45,859 bases of DNA, from positions 1-45,859 of the forward strand of contig JAFGQY010000010.1 of the NCBI GenBank assembly GCA_016935395.1. The letters are read 5' to 3'. Below are positions 17,909 through 26,689 of the stretch, piece after piece. This DNA comes from Parachlamydiales bacterium (GTDB lineage: Bacteria > Chlamydiota > Chlamydiia > Chlamydiales > SM23-39). A program made the position numbers and the translations under genes. The first letter of the stretch is position 1, and each line of letters opens with the position of its first letter. The notes under the pieces were generated by a model. It had not been told where the DNA came from, made no database searches, and saw nothing but the letters and a program-made list of their open reading frames with translations.

Positions 17909-19082
17909 TAATTTAATCAAAAAATTTTTTTCCAAATATTCTAAAAAATCTAAACTGGATTTGAAAAGTATTTCTCTTGCAGATAGTGCTTTAAATCAAG
18001 TTTCTAAAAAATTTAAATCTATACATATTGCCGGTACTAACGGCAAGGGATCGACCTCTTTAAAAATTGCCACAGCGCTATCTATGTCAAATTATAAAAC
18101 TGCTCTTTTTACATCTCCTCATATTTCTAAATTTGAGGAAAGAATCCAAATAGATGGAAAAAAAATAAAAAGGGATGATGTTTGCTTATATTTAAAAAGG
18201 ATGGATGATCTACAAAAACAAATTGGTATTGATCTGACTTTTTTTGAAATCACAGCCCTTATTGCCTTTTCATATTTTGCAGATAACAATGTTGATTTTG
18301 CTGTTATTGAAACTGGGCTAGGAGGTAGATTGGATGCGACTAATATCATATCTCCCATTTTAACTGTAATTACATCAATTAGTTTAGATCATCAAAATGT
18401 TTTAGGAGATACTTTAGATAAAATTGCTAATGAAAAAGCTGGTATTATTAAACCTAAAATTCCTCTGGTAGCAGGTCCTACTGCTGATTTAGAGCCTATT
18501 AGAAAAAAGGCAAAAGATCTCAGTTGTTATTTGAAAATCTCTAAACAAACAGATGGTTTTTTTGACGATCAAAATTCTTTAATTGCTGAAGATGCTTTGA
18601 ATATTTTATCTAAAAATTACACAATAACAAAAGAAGCAATAAAAAAGGCTATGAAAACCAGGCCGACATGTAGATTTGAAGTTTTTGATAAAATAGCTGA
18701 TATTCCTGTGGTATTTGATGTTTCACATAACGAAGCCGGTTTTTTAGAACTTAAAAAAGCTCTTTTGCTTTTTTTCCCCAATAAAGAGTTTCGATTAATA
18801 TTAGGCTTTTCAAAAGATAAGGATGTAAACGCTTGCGTTAAAATTATAAAAACCTTTGCAAAACATATTCACATTGTTCAATCAGCAAATTCAAGAGCTA
18901 TGAAAAGTGAAATTATTGAAGAGTATTTTATGTCAAATAATTTTTTTAATTTTTCTCTGGAAAAAAATATTAAATTTGCTGTAGAACACTCATTAAAAAT
19001 ATCAAAAAATAAAAATGAAGTATTAGTAGTTTGTGGCAGTTTTTATATCATGAATGATGTAAAAACTAGTTTTAAAATTTAA
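17895..19082 (+). CDS. folC: Folylpolyglutamate synthase / dihydrofolate synthase
   Basis: 395 aa. It has a Mur-ligase P-loop (HIAGTNGKGST), plus ETGLGGRLDATN and DHQNVLGDTL. Confidence 0.85.
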   Translation: MNNYNNLIKKFFSKYSKKSKLDLKSISLADSALNQVSKKFKSIHIAGTNGKGSTSLKIATALSMSNYKTALFTSPHISKFEERIQIDGKKIKRDDVCLYLKRMDDLQKQIGIDLTFFEITALIAFSYFADNNVDFAVIETGLGGRLDATNIISPILTVITSISLDHQNVLGDTLDKIANEKAGIIKPKIPLVAGPTADLEPIRKKAKDLSCYLKISKQTDGFFDDQNSLIAEDALNILSKNYTITKEAIKKAMKTRPTCRFEVFDKIADIPVVFDVSHNEAGFLELKKALLLFFPNKEFRLILGFSKDKDVNACVKIIKTFAKHIHIVQSANSRAMKSEIIEEYFMSNNFFNFSLEKNIKFAVEHSLKISKNKNEVLVVCGSFYIMNDVKTSFKI

Positions 19083-19109
19083 ATAACCTACTATTATTTA
19101 GGAGTTTGA

Positions 19110-19505
19110 ATGAGTGAATGTTTTCCATTTATTGAGCAGATAAAAAATCTTAATCTAGAACCCCAAAAGTGGGCTGTTTGTGGAAGCGGTCCTATGGCTA
19201 TTAGAAATCTAAGAAAAGCTAGAGATGTAGACATTATTGTTAAAAAAACACTTTGGCTAAAACTTATTCAAAATCACAAAATCGGCGGGCCTAGAAATAA
19301 TTTAATTCAAATAGGGGATATTGAAATTTGGAACGATTGGATGGAGCTTACAAATAAGTTGGATGAAATGATAGATACTGCTGATTTTATTGAAGGACTG
19401 CCTTTTGTTCGTTTAAAATACATCTATAAATGGAAAGGATTTTTTGGAAGACGGGAAAAAGATCTTGAAGATATCAAACTAATTGAAGAATTTTTAAAAA
19501 AGTAA
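19110..19505 (+). CDS. Hypothetical protein (possible minimal nucleotidyltransferase-fold protein)
   Basis: 131 aa. CGSGPMAIRNL...RDVDIIV resembles a GS...DxD nucleotidyltransferase motif. An RBS (taggag) lies upstream. Confidence 0.35.
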   Translation: MSECFPFIEQIKNLNLEPQKWAVCGSGPMAIRNLRKARDVDIIVKKTLWLKLIQNHKIGGPRNNLIQIGDIEIWNDWMELTNKLDEMIDTADFIEGLPFVRLKYIYKWKGFFGRREKDLEDIKLIEEFLKK

Positions 19506-20066
19506 CTTTTCTATCCAAAAAAAAGAAGGTGCTTTTTCTTTGTTGAGCCATTTATGATAACAAACGCTAAAAGCTTTTCTATCTAGAGTTTTTAAAAATT
19601 GAAGCAGAGCTATCTCTTCTTTTTCGCCCTCTTCATGTCCTGGATAGCTAATAATACTTATTGCTCCTTTATTATTTAGTATAGACAAGGCCGAATTTAT
19701 ACTTTTTAGTGTAGAATCTACTTTAGTAGTTACAGACTTTGAAAATCCCGGAAGATAACCTAAATTGTATGTAACTAAGTTAACTTTATTTTTTATATAT
19801 TTTGAAAAATCTTCATGGGAGCTTTCGTGTAAAAATATATTTTGAAAGTCTTCGGATGAAAGATTTTCTTTTAATAATTTTTCGGTATTTTCAATGGCAC
19901 TTTTTTGTATATCAAAACCATACAAAATTCCAGCTTTTAAAATATTTTTTAAAACTAAAGAATCGTGACCATTTCCGCAAGTTGCGTCTATCGCGATATC
20001 ATCAGGTTTTAAAAATAGCTTCCAATAACTATGAGCTTTTTGAAGATGAAATGTTTGTTTTTTCAT
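19494..20066 (-). CDS. Class I SAM-dependent methyltransferase, YtqB/MnmM-like
   Basis: 190 aa. IDATCGNGHDSL followed by YGFDIQ matches the YtqB/MnmM family signature as I recall it. Confidence 0.6.
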   Translation of the reverse strand: MKKQTFHLQKAHSYWKLFLKPDDIAIDATCGNGHDSLVLKNILKAGILYGFDIQKSAIENTEKLLKENLSSEDFQNIFLHESSHEDFSKYIKNKVNLVTYNLGYLPGFSKSVTTKVDSTLKSINSALSILNNKGAISIISYPGHEEGEKEEIALLQFLKTLDRKAFSVCYHKWLNKEKAPSFFWIEKLLF

Positions 20067-20105
20067 AATTCTTTTTTTTTGGATGAAATTATATTCATTT
20101 ATCTA

Positions 20106-20134
20106 TTGCTTGCAATAAAAGCTTTTTATAGAAT
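20106..20134 (+). promoter_or_regulatory. Putative sigma-70-type promoter for tRNA-Val
   Basis: TTGCTT (20106-20111), a 17-nt spacer, then TAGAAT (20129-20134), ending 12 nt upstream of the tRNA 5' end. Confidence 0.35.
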
Positions 20135-20146
20135 TTATCTTTTTTT

Positions 20147-20220
20147 GGGATATTAGCTCAGTTGGTTAGAGCGCCACGTTGACATCGTGGAGGTCAGCTG
20201 TTCGAGTCAGCTATATCCCA
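20147..20220 (+). tRNA. tRNA-Val (anticodon GAC)
   Basis: Cloverleaf read by hand. Acceptor stem GGGATAT/ATATCCC, D stem GCTC/GAGC, anticodon stem CCACG/CGTGG with loop TTGACAT, T stem AGCTG/CAGCT with loop TTCGAGT, discriminator A. No CCA is encoded. Confidence 0.95.
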
Positions 20221-20298
20221 TAAAAATATTTTTTGATGTTTGCTATATAAAATCTTATCTTTTAAAGAATTTAAGATTAGTATATAGTACATAAAACT

Positions 20299-20326
20299 TT
20301 GACTTAATAGAATTATTTGATAATAT
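20299..20326 (+). promoter_or_regulatory. Putative sigma-70-type promoter for the infC-rpmI-rplT operon
   Basis: TTGACT (20299-20304), a 16-nt spacer, then TAATAT (20321-20326). It lies inside the 5' end of the maximal infC ORF, which argues for a downstream start. Confidence 0.35.
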
Positions 20327-20898
20327 TTTTTGAATCGAAAATATGTAAGTTAAATTTTTTAAAAATAGGTTTAAATTTGAGAATTAATAGACAGATCAGA
20401 GCTGATAAAGTAAGAGTTATTTCGGATGAAGGTAAGCAAATTGGAGTAATGGATATAAGGGAAGCTCTAAAGCTTGCTGAAGATGAAAATTTAGATTTAG
20501 TTGAAATTTCACCACAGGCTAAGCCTCCTGTTTGTAAGATTATTGATTATGGTAAATTTAAATATCAGCAAATGAAAAAAGAAAAGGAAAGTAAAAAAGC
20601 CCAGCATCAAGTGAAAATAAAAGAGATTAAATTTAAACCAAATATTGATACTCATGATTTTTTAACTAAAGAAAAACATGCTAGAGAATTTATTGAAAAA
20701 GGATTTAAGGTTAGAATTACTTGTGCTTTTAGAGGAAGAGAAATGCTACACATTGAGCTTGGAGAAAAGGTCGTTCAACAGTTAATTGATGATCTTCAAG
20801 ATATTGCAACAGTGGAAGCCCCTTTAAAAATGCTTGGAAGAAATATTACAATAGTATTAGCTCCCGCAAGTAAAAAAACTTCAAAGGAGAAAAAATAG
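20317..20898 (+). CDS. infC: Translation initiation factor IF-3 (true start probably non-ATG near 20365-20377)
   Basis: The conserved IF-3 N-terminus INRQIRADKVRVISDEGKQIGVM starts at about residue 23. There is no in-frame ATG before it. Candidates are TTG at 20377 or ATA at 20365. Confidence 0.9.
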   Translation: MIIFFESKICKLNFLKIGLNLRINRQIRADKVRVISDEGKQIGVMDIREALKLAEDENLDLVEISPQAKPPVCKIIDYGKFKYQQMKKEKESKKAQHQVKIKEIKFKPNIDTHDFLTKEKHAREFIEKGFKVRITCAFRGREMLHIELGEKVVQQLIDDLQDIATVEAPLKMLGRNITIVLAPASKKTSKEKK

Positions 20899-21096
20899 GT
20901 GACAAAACTAAAAACAAATAAGTCTGTTCAAGGGCGTTTTAAAGTAACAAAAAACAAAAAACTTAAAGCGTCAAAATGTAATAGAAGACACATACTTACA
21001 AAAAAAAGTTCAAATCGTAAACGTCGTCTAGGTAAAAAATTAGTTGTAGATGAATCTAAAACTAAAACTTATCTTAGAATGATGGGACTTGTATAA
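20899..21096 (+). CDS. rpmI: 50S ribosomal protein L35
   Basis: 65 aa, very basic, with a GTG start directly after the infC stop. The operon context infC-rpmI-rplT is conserved. Confidence 0.9.
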   Translation: MTKLKTNKSVQGRFKVTKNKKLKASKCNRRHILTKKSSNRKRRLGKKLVVDESKTKTYLRMMGLV

Positions 21097-21118
21097 AAAT
21101 TAAACGGAGATAAAAAAA

Positions 21119-21478
21119 ATGGCTAGAGTTACATGCGCAGTATCATCCAGAAGACGAAGAAAACGCCTTTTAAAATTAGCTAAAGGCTTTTTTGGTGATA
21201 GAAAAAATCACGTGCGTTTAACTAAAGATGCTGTAATGAAAGCCCTTTCTTATAATTATATTCACAGAAAAACTAAAAAAAGAGATTTTAGAAAACTTTG
21301 GATTATAAGAGTAAACATTGCAGCTAAAATTAATGGAATGAGCTACAGCAAATTTATAAATGGGTTAAAAAAAGCAAAATGCTTGATAAACAGGAAATCA
21401 TTAGCAGATTTAGCTATTACAGATCCTAAAGCATTTACTGAAGTAGTGAATATGGCTAAAAAAGCATTGGCAGCTTAA
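21119..21478 (+). CDS. rplT: 50S ribosomal protein L20
   Basis: 119 aa. MARV...RRRRKRLLKLAKGFFG is the canonical L20 N-terminus. An RBS (acggag) lies upstream. Confidence 0.95.
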   Translation: MARVTCAVSSRRRRKRLLKLAKGFFGDRKNHVRLTKDAVMKALSYNYIHRKTKKRDFRKLWIIRVNIAAKINGMSYSKFINGLKKAKCLINRKSLADLAITDPKAFTEVVNMAKKALAA

Positions 21479-21488
21479 ATAATTACAT

Positions 21489-22520
21489 ATGACGTTAAAT
21501 GTTAAGATAGATGAGATAAGAACAAAGTTTTTAAAGCAGCTTAAAGATGCAAAAACTTCAAAAGAAATTGAAAAACTGAAGGTTTTTTATTTAGGTAAAA
21601 AAGGTTCACTTCAAGATTTAATGCAGTTTTTGAAAACTGCTACAAGTGAAGAAAGACCTTTATTTGGAAAAAAGATAAACGATTTAAAAATTGAAATTAC
21701 ATCTCATCTAGAAAATACTTTAAAAAGACTTCTTCTAGACGAAGAAAATATTAAGCTTAAAAGCGAAAATATTGATATTACTCTGCCTGGAAGACGTCAT
21801 TTTTGGGGTAGATATCATCCAGTAACCTTGATGATGAATAACATGATTGATGTTTTGGTTTCTATGGGTTTTTCTGTAGAAACAGGGCCTGATATTGATT
21901 CTGATTTTTATAATTTTGAAGGATTAAATTTTTCTAAAGATCATCCTGCAAGAGATATGCAAGATACATTTTATATTTCAGACGATCTTCTCTTAAGAAC
22001 TCATACAAGCAATGTTCAAGTAAGAACAATGGAAAAATTCAAACCGCCGATTAGAGCCATAGCTCCAGGAAAATGTTTTAGAAATGAAACAATTTCTGCC
22101 AGATCACATGTGTTTTTTCATCAAATTGAACTGTTTTACATAGATGAAAATGTATCTTTTTCTGATCTTTTTTCAACTATGGACGAATTTTTAACTAAGC
22201 TTTTTAAAAAAGAAGTTAAAACCAGATTTAGACCTTCTTATTTTCCCTTTGTTGAACCTGGTATGGAATGTGATGTTGAATGCTTTATCTGCTCTGGACA
22301 AGGCTGCAGAGTATGTAAAGACTCAGGTTGGCTTGAAGTATTCGGAGCTGGTATGATACATCCTGAAGTTTTAAAATCTGGAGGCATCGATCCGGAAAAA
22401 TATTCAGGTTATGCAGCAGGCATCGGTGTAGAAAGACTTGCTATGCTTTTATATGGAATAAATGATATTAGATATTTTACACAAAATGATTTGAGGTTTT
22501 TGAAACAATTTAACTTGTAA
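21489..22520 (+). CDS. pheS: Phenylalanine--tRNA ligase alpha subunit
   Basis: 343 aa. Class II aaRS motifs: HPARDMQDTFY, LRTHTSNVQVR, FRNE, FHQIE and GIGVERLAML. Confidence 0.95.
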   Translation: MTLNVKIDEIRTKFLKQLKDAKTSKEIEKLKVFYLGKKGSLQDLMQFLKTATSEERPLFGKKINDLKIEITSHLENTLKRLLLDEENIKLKSENIDITLPGRRHFWGRYHPVTLMMNNMIDVLVSMGFSVETGPDIDSDFYNFEGLNFSKDHPARDMQDTFYISDDLLLRTHTSNVQVRTMEKFKPPIRAIAPGKCFRNETISARSHVFFHQIELFYIDENVSFSDLFSTMDEFLTKLFKKEVKTRFRPSYFPFVEPGMECDVECFICSGQGCRVCKDSGWLEVFGAGMIHPEVLKSGGIDPEKYSGYAAGIGVERLAMLLYGINDIRYFTQNDLRFLKQFNL

Positions 22521-22562
22521 AAATCTTATAAATTTTTATATTATTAGTATTTTCTATTTTAC

Positions 22563-22647
22563 GGAAGAGTGGCAGAGTGGCCGATCGCGTCTGTCTTGAA
22601 AACAGAAGACCCGCAAGGGTCCGGGGGTTCGAATCCCTCCTCTTCCG
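22563..22647 (+). tRNA. tRNA-Ser (anticodon UGA), class II with a long variable arm
   Basis: Acceptor stem GGAAGAG/CTCTTCC, anticodon stem TCTGT/ACAGA with loop CTTGAAA, a long variable arm (ACCCGCAAGGGTCC), T stem GGGGG/CCCTC with loop TTCGAAT, discriminator G. Confidence 0.9.
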
Positions 22648-22650
22648 ACA

Positions 22651-23115
22651 TTGCAACCAATTCGTACCTTTGTTCTCTTGATCAAGTAAAGCTAAAGTTT
22701 CTATGTTGGAATAGGCTAAATAATAGGGTTTTTGCTTGATTATACGGCCGTTTTCAACGATGGGATGTTCTAGTTCGATTGTTCCTAAAAGTTCTTTTAA
22801 AGTTAAAGCAGATGCTTTTGTATTTTGTTCTAGGGTTTCATGAAGTTTTTCAAGCTTGTTGTCGATCCATTCTTTTGGTGGGGCTTTAAAGGCGTTGTTT
22901 TTTTGAAAATCCAAGGCTTTAATTTCTGATGATAATTTTTCTTGTCTGCCTTCAGCATCAGTAATGTCATCTGACACGACTTTCGAAAAGTTGCCTGCTT
23001 TGATGAAGTTAAGCAGATTCTGAAGTTCGGCCTGGATTTTTTTAGATTGGACCTTTTTCGAGTCTGTAAATCTAACCGTTTAAATATTTTTTTTATTCGA
23101 TTTAGTAAAATTTAT
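22651..23115 (-). pseudogene. C-terminal remnant of a large serine recombinase-type protein (coiled-coil tail only; no catalytic domain)
   Basis: The minus-strand reading frame is open from 23115. It gives ...KKIQAELQNLLNFIKAGNFSKVVSDDITDAEGRQEKLSSEIKALD...EWIDNKLEKLHETLEQ...LKELLGTIELEHPIVENGR... This pattern is typical of the C-terminal coiled-coil region of large serine recombinases. There is no N-terminal resolvase domain, and the frame runs antisense into tRNA-Ser. Confidence 0.5.
22652..22668 (+). repeat. Repeat copy A (tgcaaccaattcgtacc), 4 nt downstream of tRNA-Ser
   Basis: It is a perfect 17-bp reverse complement of 31434-31450. The extended form caaccaattcgtacctttgt (22654-22673) matches the reverse complement of 23299-23317 with one substitution and one indel. 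Confidence 0.85.
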
Positions 23116-23298
23116 TCAAAAATATTTCAAAAATCTAGATTGCAACGATCACAACAGTGATTTTGCTAATGATAAGCTTTGACTCTATTTCTAGATTACT
23201 CACTCCCAAAGCTTTTAATTGCTTTATTTTAAAACTTAACTTTTAGTAAAGTGGTATAGATTGTTTTAAAGTGCTTTTAATCTTAGTAGTAATGGGCG

Positions 23299-23317
23299 AC
23301 AAAGTGCGAATTGGTTG
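23299..23317 (-). repeat. Repeat copy B (imperfect, inverted relative to copy A)
   Basis: acaaagtgcgaattggttg. Together with copy A it brackets the recombinase remnant. It is followed by gggcccagttcgaac, which contains a GTTCGAA T-loop-like string. Confidence 0.7.
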
Positions 23318-23367
23318 GGCCCAGTTCGAACTATCTATTATTTTTTTGGTAAATAGAGAGATAAAAT

Positions 23368-24159
23368 ATGAGCATTTCTAGTTTAAGTAAATTACCAGAG
23401 ATTGAAAAATCGGCATGTTTAGCTTTATGGGCTTTATTTTTAGAAAGTAGAAAAAAAAATAGTATTTATTATGATAAGAAATTAAATGAAATGATAGATA
23501 AATTATCATGTTATTTTCCTAAGATAAATTATACTTCTAATTATGTTTTAGAGATTGCATCCAGGAAAGAGCTTATAAAAGAAGTTATTAGTAAATTTAT
23601 TAATAAAAATGAAAATAGTATAATTATCAATCTTGGATGTGGTTTGGATAATTATTTTGATAGATTAAATACAACGAATGTTTTTTGGTTTGATATTGAT
23701 CTTTCTGGTGTAATTAATTTGAAGAAAAAGTTTTTTCGGGAATCGGATAATTATAAATTAATATCAAAATCAATTTTTGATTTTTCTTGGTTGAATAAAA
23801 TTCCAAAAAACAAAAAGACCCTTGTCCTTATCGAAGGATTGCTTCCATATTTTGAAGAAAAAGATGTTAAAATGCTGATAGATAAAATTATTAGTAATTT
23901 TCCTGATAGTGAATTAATTATTCATGTTATTTCACATTTATTTTATTGGTATCGGTCTTTGAGTAAAATATCTAATAATTTGAAATGGTCCATTTCAAAT
24001 AAAAAATGTGTTTTAAAAATATTTCCCGATTTAAAAATTTTAAAAGAATATTTCATATATGACTGTCATGTTGAAAGAATGAGCATTCTTAAAAGAATTT
24101 TAAGATTGTTTCCGTGTTATAGAAAACAAAATATTCTATTACATCTGAAGTCAAAATAA
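23368..24159 (+). CDS. SAM-dependent O-methyltransferase, leucine carboxyl methyltransferase / TcmP-like family
   Basis: 263 aa. The layout ACLALWALFLES...INLGCGLDNYFDRL...WFDIDLSGVINLKKK...LIEGLLPYFEEKDV matches the LCM/TcmP family (LGaGlDtR...w.evDlp.V...K...EGvl.YL) as I recall it. Confidence 0.65.
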   Translation: MSISSLSKLPEIEKSACLALWALFLESRKKNSIYYDKKLNEMIDKLSCYFPKINYTSNYVLEIASRKELIKEVISKFINKNENSIIINLGCGLDNYFDRLNTTNVFWFDIDLSGVINLKKKFFRESDNYKLISKSIFDFSWLNKIPKNKKTLVLIEGLLPYFEEKDVKMLIDKIISNFPDSELIIHVISHLFYWYRSLSKISNNLKWSISNKKCVLKIFPDLKILKEYFIYDCHVERMSILKRILRLFPCYRKQNILLHLKSK

Positions 24160-24161
24160 AA

Positions 24162-25394
24162 TCAAAGATATGGCTTGTGTGTTTTTAACATATAAAAATC
24201 TTCAAGAAGCTCATCGTAATTTGTGTTTTGTAATAAAATATCTGCAGCCACTCCTTCTTTTAAAGAAAGTGGATATCTAGAAATATTATCATTTATTTTT
24301 ATATGCCAGGCTATTTCAGTATGACTTTTTAATTTTGGAGGATTTAATTTATTTACAATTCCAGGATAACAAGCTAAATGAATTAAACTATGGTATAGAT
24401 TTTCTTTAAGATTGATATTTAAAGGTAATCCTAATTCACATCGCAAAGTTAGTTCATATAAATTTACATCGAAGTTTTTTTCATGCATAAAACAAATATT
24501 TTTTCCTGGCGGACGAGCACCAATTTCTAAAAAGATTAATTCGTTAGATTGTTTTTCTACAAAGAATTCTAAATGTAGTCCTCCATTAGGAGGGTTAAGT
24601 GCCTTAACGACTTCTTTGTTTAAATTTAATGCTCTTTCACGAAGTTGTGTATTTTTGCGTAAAGGAATGGCTCCAATCGGGAAACCAAAAGTAAAATTCA
24701 GGTTTGGACAAAGATATTCAGAAATTTCAGTAAATTTTATTTGTTTATTATAAACAAAAGAATCACATAAATAGAAAGTTCCTTCGATATATTGTTCTGC
24801 CGTATAATTATTCTTATAGGAAAAAGATTTATCATACCATTTTTGCAGGTTTTCAAAATTTTTTATTATTGCTGTATCTTCGCTGCCTCCTCCATCTAAA
24901 GGTTTTACGACATAAGGACCTTTAAATAAATCATAAAGGGAAAAGTGATATTTTGAAAGTTCATTTTTGGTAAGAATTCCTTCAAAGTCTACAAATTTAG
25001 GAACTTTTACATTGGCTATTGATAGAATCTGCTTCATTATTCTTTTAGAAGAAAAGGGTACATATTCATAGGGTTTGGGACCTGATAAATTAAAATATTC
25101 ACGCAATTGAGCTGCTGTTATCAATGATTTTTCATCTGCACAAACTATACTATCTTTTGGATTGTAATTTCCTTTTTTTCTTTGTGATTTTATTATTTGT
25201 TTGCAAATTTCAAAATCAATTTTCTCAATAACAAAAATGTTGCTTAAATGAGTTTTAAAAGAATCAGGAACATTTTTTTGATGTTCTTCATCAACTATCA
25301 GTACAAAGTTAATTTTTTCAGGTAAATCCCGTAATATTTTTTCAATATTATAATAACTAAAACGGCTAACAGCTAAAATAAAACAATATCTCAT
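24162..25394 (-). CDS. ATP-grasp family ligase (carboxylate-amine ligase type)
   Basis: 410 aa. Motifs: PYVVKPLDGGGSEDTAII, EQYIEG and LHLEFFVEKQSNELIFLEIGARPPG. Confidence 0.7.
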   Translation of the reverse strand: MRYCFILAVSRFSYYNIEKILRDLPEKINFVLIVDEEHQKNVPDSFKTHLSNIFVIEKIDFEICKQIIKSQRKKGNYNPKDSIVCADEKSLITAAQLREYFNLSGPKPYEYVPFSSKRIMKQILSIANVKVPKFVDFEGILTKNELSKYHFSLYDLFKGPYVVKPLDGGGSEDTAIIKNFENLQKWYDKSFSYKNNYTAEQYIEGTFYLCDSFVYNKQIKFTEISEYLCPNLNFTFGFPIGAIPLRKNTQLRERALNLNKEVVKALNPPNGGLHLEFFVEKQSNELIFLEIGARPPGKNICFMHEKNFDVNLYELTLRCELGLPLNINLKENLYHSLIHLACYPGIVNKLNPPKLKSHTEIAWHIKINDNISRYPLSLKEGVAADILLQNTNYDELLEDFYMLKTHKPYL

Positions 25395-25404
25395 ATATTA
25401 TCCT

Positions 25405-26679
25405 TTAAAATAGTTTTTCATAAATCTCATCAAGAGAATATTCAATTGAATTAAATTTATTATTGAATTCTTTAATCTTCGAAGAAATATTTTTTCTGTC
25501 CAAAATTATCTCTTTAAAAAACTTAGCCAGTTGAACCATATCTTTTTCTTTCATTCCTTTTCTTGTTACTTCTTGCACTCCTATTCTAACAGCCGGAAAA
25601 TCATATAAAATGCGTGAATTAGTGCTTATATTGGAATTATGTAAATCAGCACAGGCAACATGATGATCAATAGGAAAATCTCCAGTAATAGCTATCATAT
25701 GAGAAAGAGAAAATTGATTCTTCCTTTTAAATATTTTAAAACCTTCATTTATCAATGCCTGTGATAAGGCGTGATTATTTTTTATAATTTGATTGGCATA
25801 TTCTTTACCATGTATATACATTTCAATTATAGTGACATATAATGCAATTGCATGATGAGTATGTTGAGCTGAAATTGCGCTTTTAAATATTTCAGTTGCT
25901 ATTTCTTTTCCTAATGATTTGTTTTTATATAGGATCATGCCTTTTTGAGGCCCCGGAAAGGTTTTATGAGTATTTCCAATTAATACATCACATCCTTCTA
26001 GCAAGGGGTTTTGAAATTGTCCTCCAGCTATTAATCCTAATACGTGTGAAGCATCGTAAATCATTTTAACATCATTTCCAACAATTTCTCGAATTTCTCT
26101 AATAGGCAAAGGATAAAAGGGGGTTCCAAAATCAAACAAGATAGCATTCGGTTTTTCAATAAGTATTTGTTTTGATAATTTTTCCAAGTCAATATCCAAT
26201 TTTTTTTCACAAAAAGGAATAAAAGACACTTTTCTTCCTAAGCTTTTTAATAGTGAAACTGTTGCGGCATGGCCTACTGATTCTGTTGTAAATACATAAA
26301 CCCTGTCATTTGGCTTGGTCAATGTAGATAAAATACAAAATACAGTATGCATACCAGATAATGGTCTGAAATCTGCGTATTCTGCAAAAAACATTTTTTT
26401 TACATATTCTCTTGCCTGTTGTTCTAACAAAAATATTGGAGAAAGACATCTAAGCATCAATGAATTTTTTATTAAGCAAGATCTGGAAACGGTAAGATTT
26501 TTTTGATCGTCAAACATTCCAACATGATACCTATAACTTAGGGTGCTTTTAAGATAATGTTTTGATAATTTTGACATTATATTTTCATTCGCTGTCATAT
26601 GAATAGTATCATTTGAATCTATTTCCTCTTTGTTAATAAGATGTAAAATAGTTTCAAAATCTTTTAGGCTTGTTTCCAT
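25405..26679 (-). CDS. Serine hydroxymethyltransferase-like PLP-dependent enzyme (divergent paralogue; possible aldolase or transaldolase)
   Basis: 424 aa. HMTANENIMS (compare SHMT ASENF(T/V)S), PLSGMHT, and GNTHKTFPGPQKGMI (compare TTTHKTLRGPRGG, which carries the PLP lysine). Confidence 0.65.
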   Translation of the reverse strand: METSLKDFETILHLINKEEIDSNDTIHMTANENIMSKLSKHYLKSTLSYRYHVGMFDDQKNLTVSRSCLIKNSLMLRCLSPIFLLEQQAREYVKKMFFAEYADFRPLSGMHTVFCILSTLTKPNDRVYVFTTESVGHAATVSLLKSLGRKVSFIPFCEKKLDIDLEKLSKQILIEKPNAILFDFGTPFYPLPIREIREIVGNDVKMIYDASHVLGLIAGGQFQNPLLEGCDVLIGNTHKTFPGPQKGMILYKNKSLGKEIATEIFKSAISAQHTHHAIALYVTIIEMYIHGKEYANQIIKNNHALSQALINEGFKIFKRKNQFSLSHMIAITGDFPIDHHVACADLHNSNISTNSRILYDFPAVRIGVQEVTRKGMKEKDMVQLAKFFKEIILDRKNISSKIKEFNNKFNSIEYSLDEIYEKLF

Positions 26680-26689
26680 AATAACCTCA

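Noticed and set aside
22510-22977. The 155-aa ORF considered as an intact protein-coding gene.
   Set aside because: Its C-terminal third is the reverse complement of tRNA-Ser. The upstream frame stays open beyond the assigned GTG. It is better explained as the tail of a decayed recombinase gene.
22978-23367. A search for a RiPP precursor peptide or small leader ORF next to the ATP-grasp cluster. The 31172-31253 region was searched as well.
   Set aside because: I found no convincing short ORF with an RBS and a repeated core motif. The ATP-grasp enzyme therefore looks more like a free-substrate ligase than a graspetide cyclase. A systematic small-ORF scan could still overturn this.
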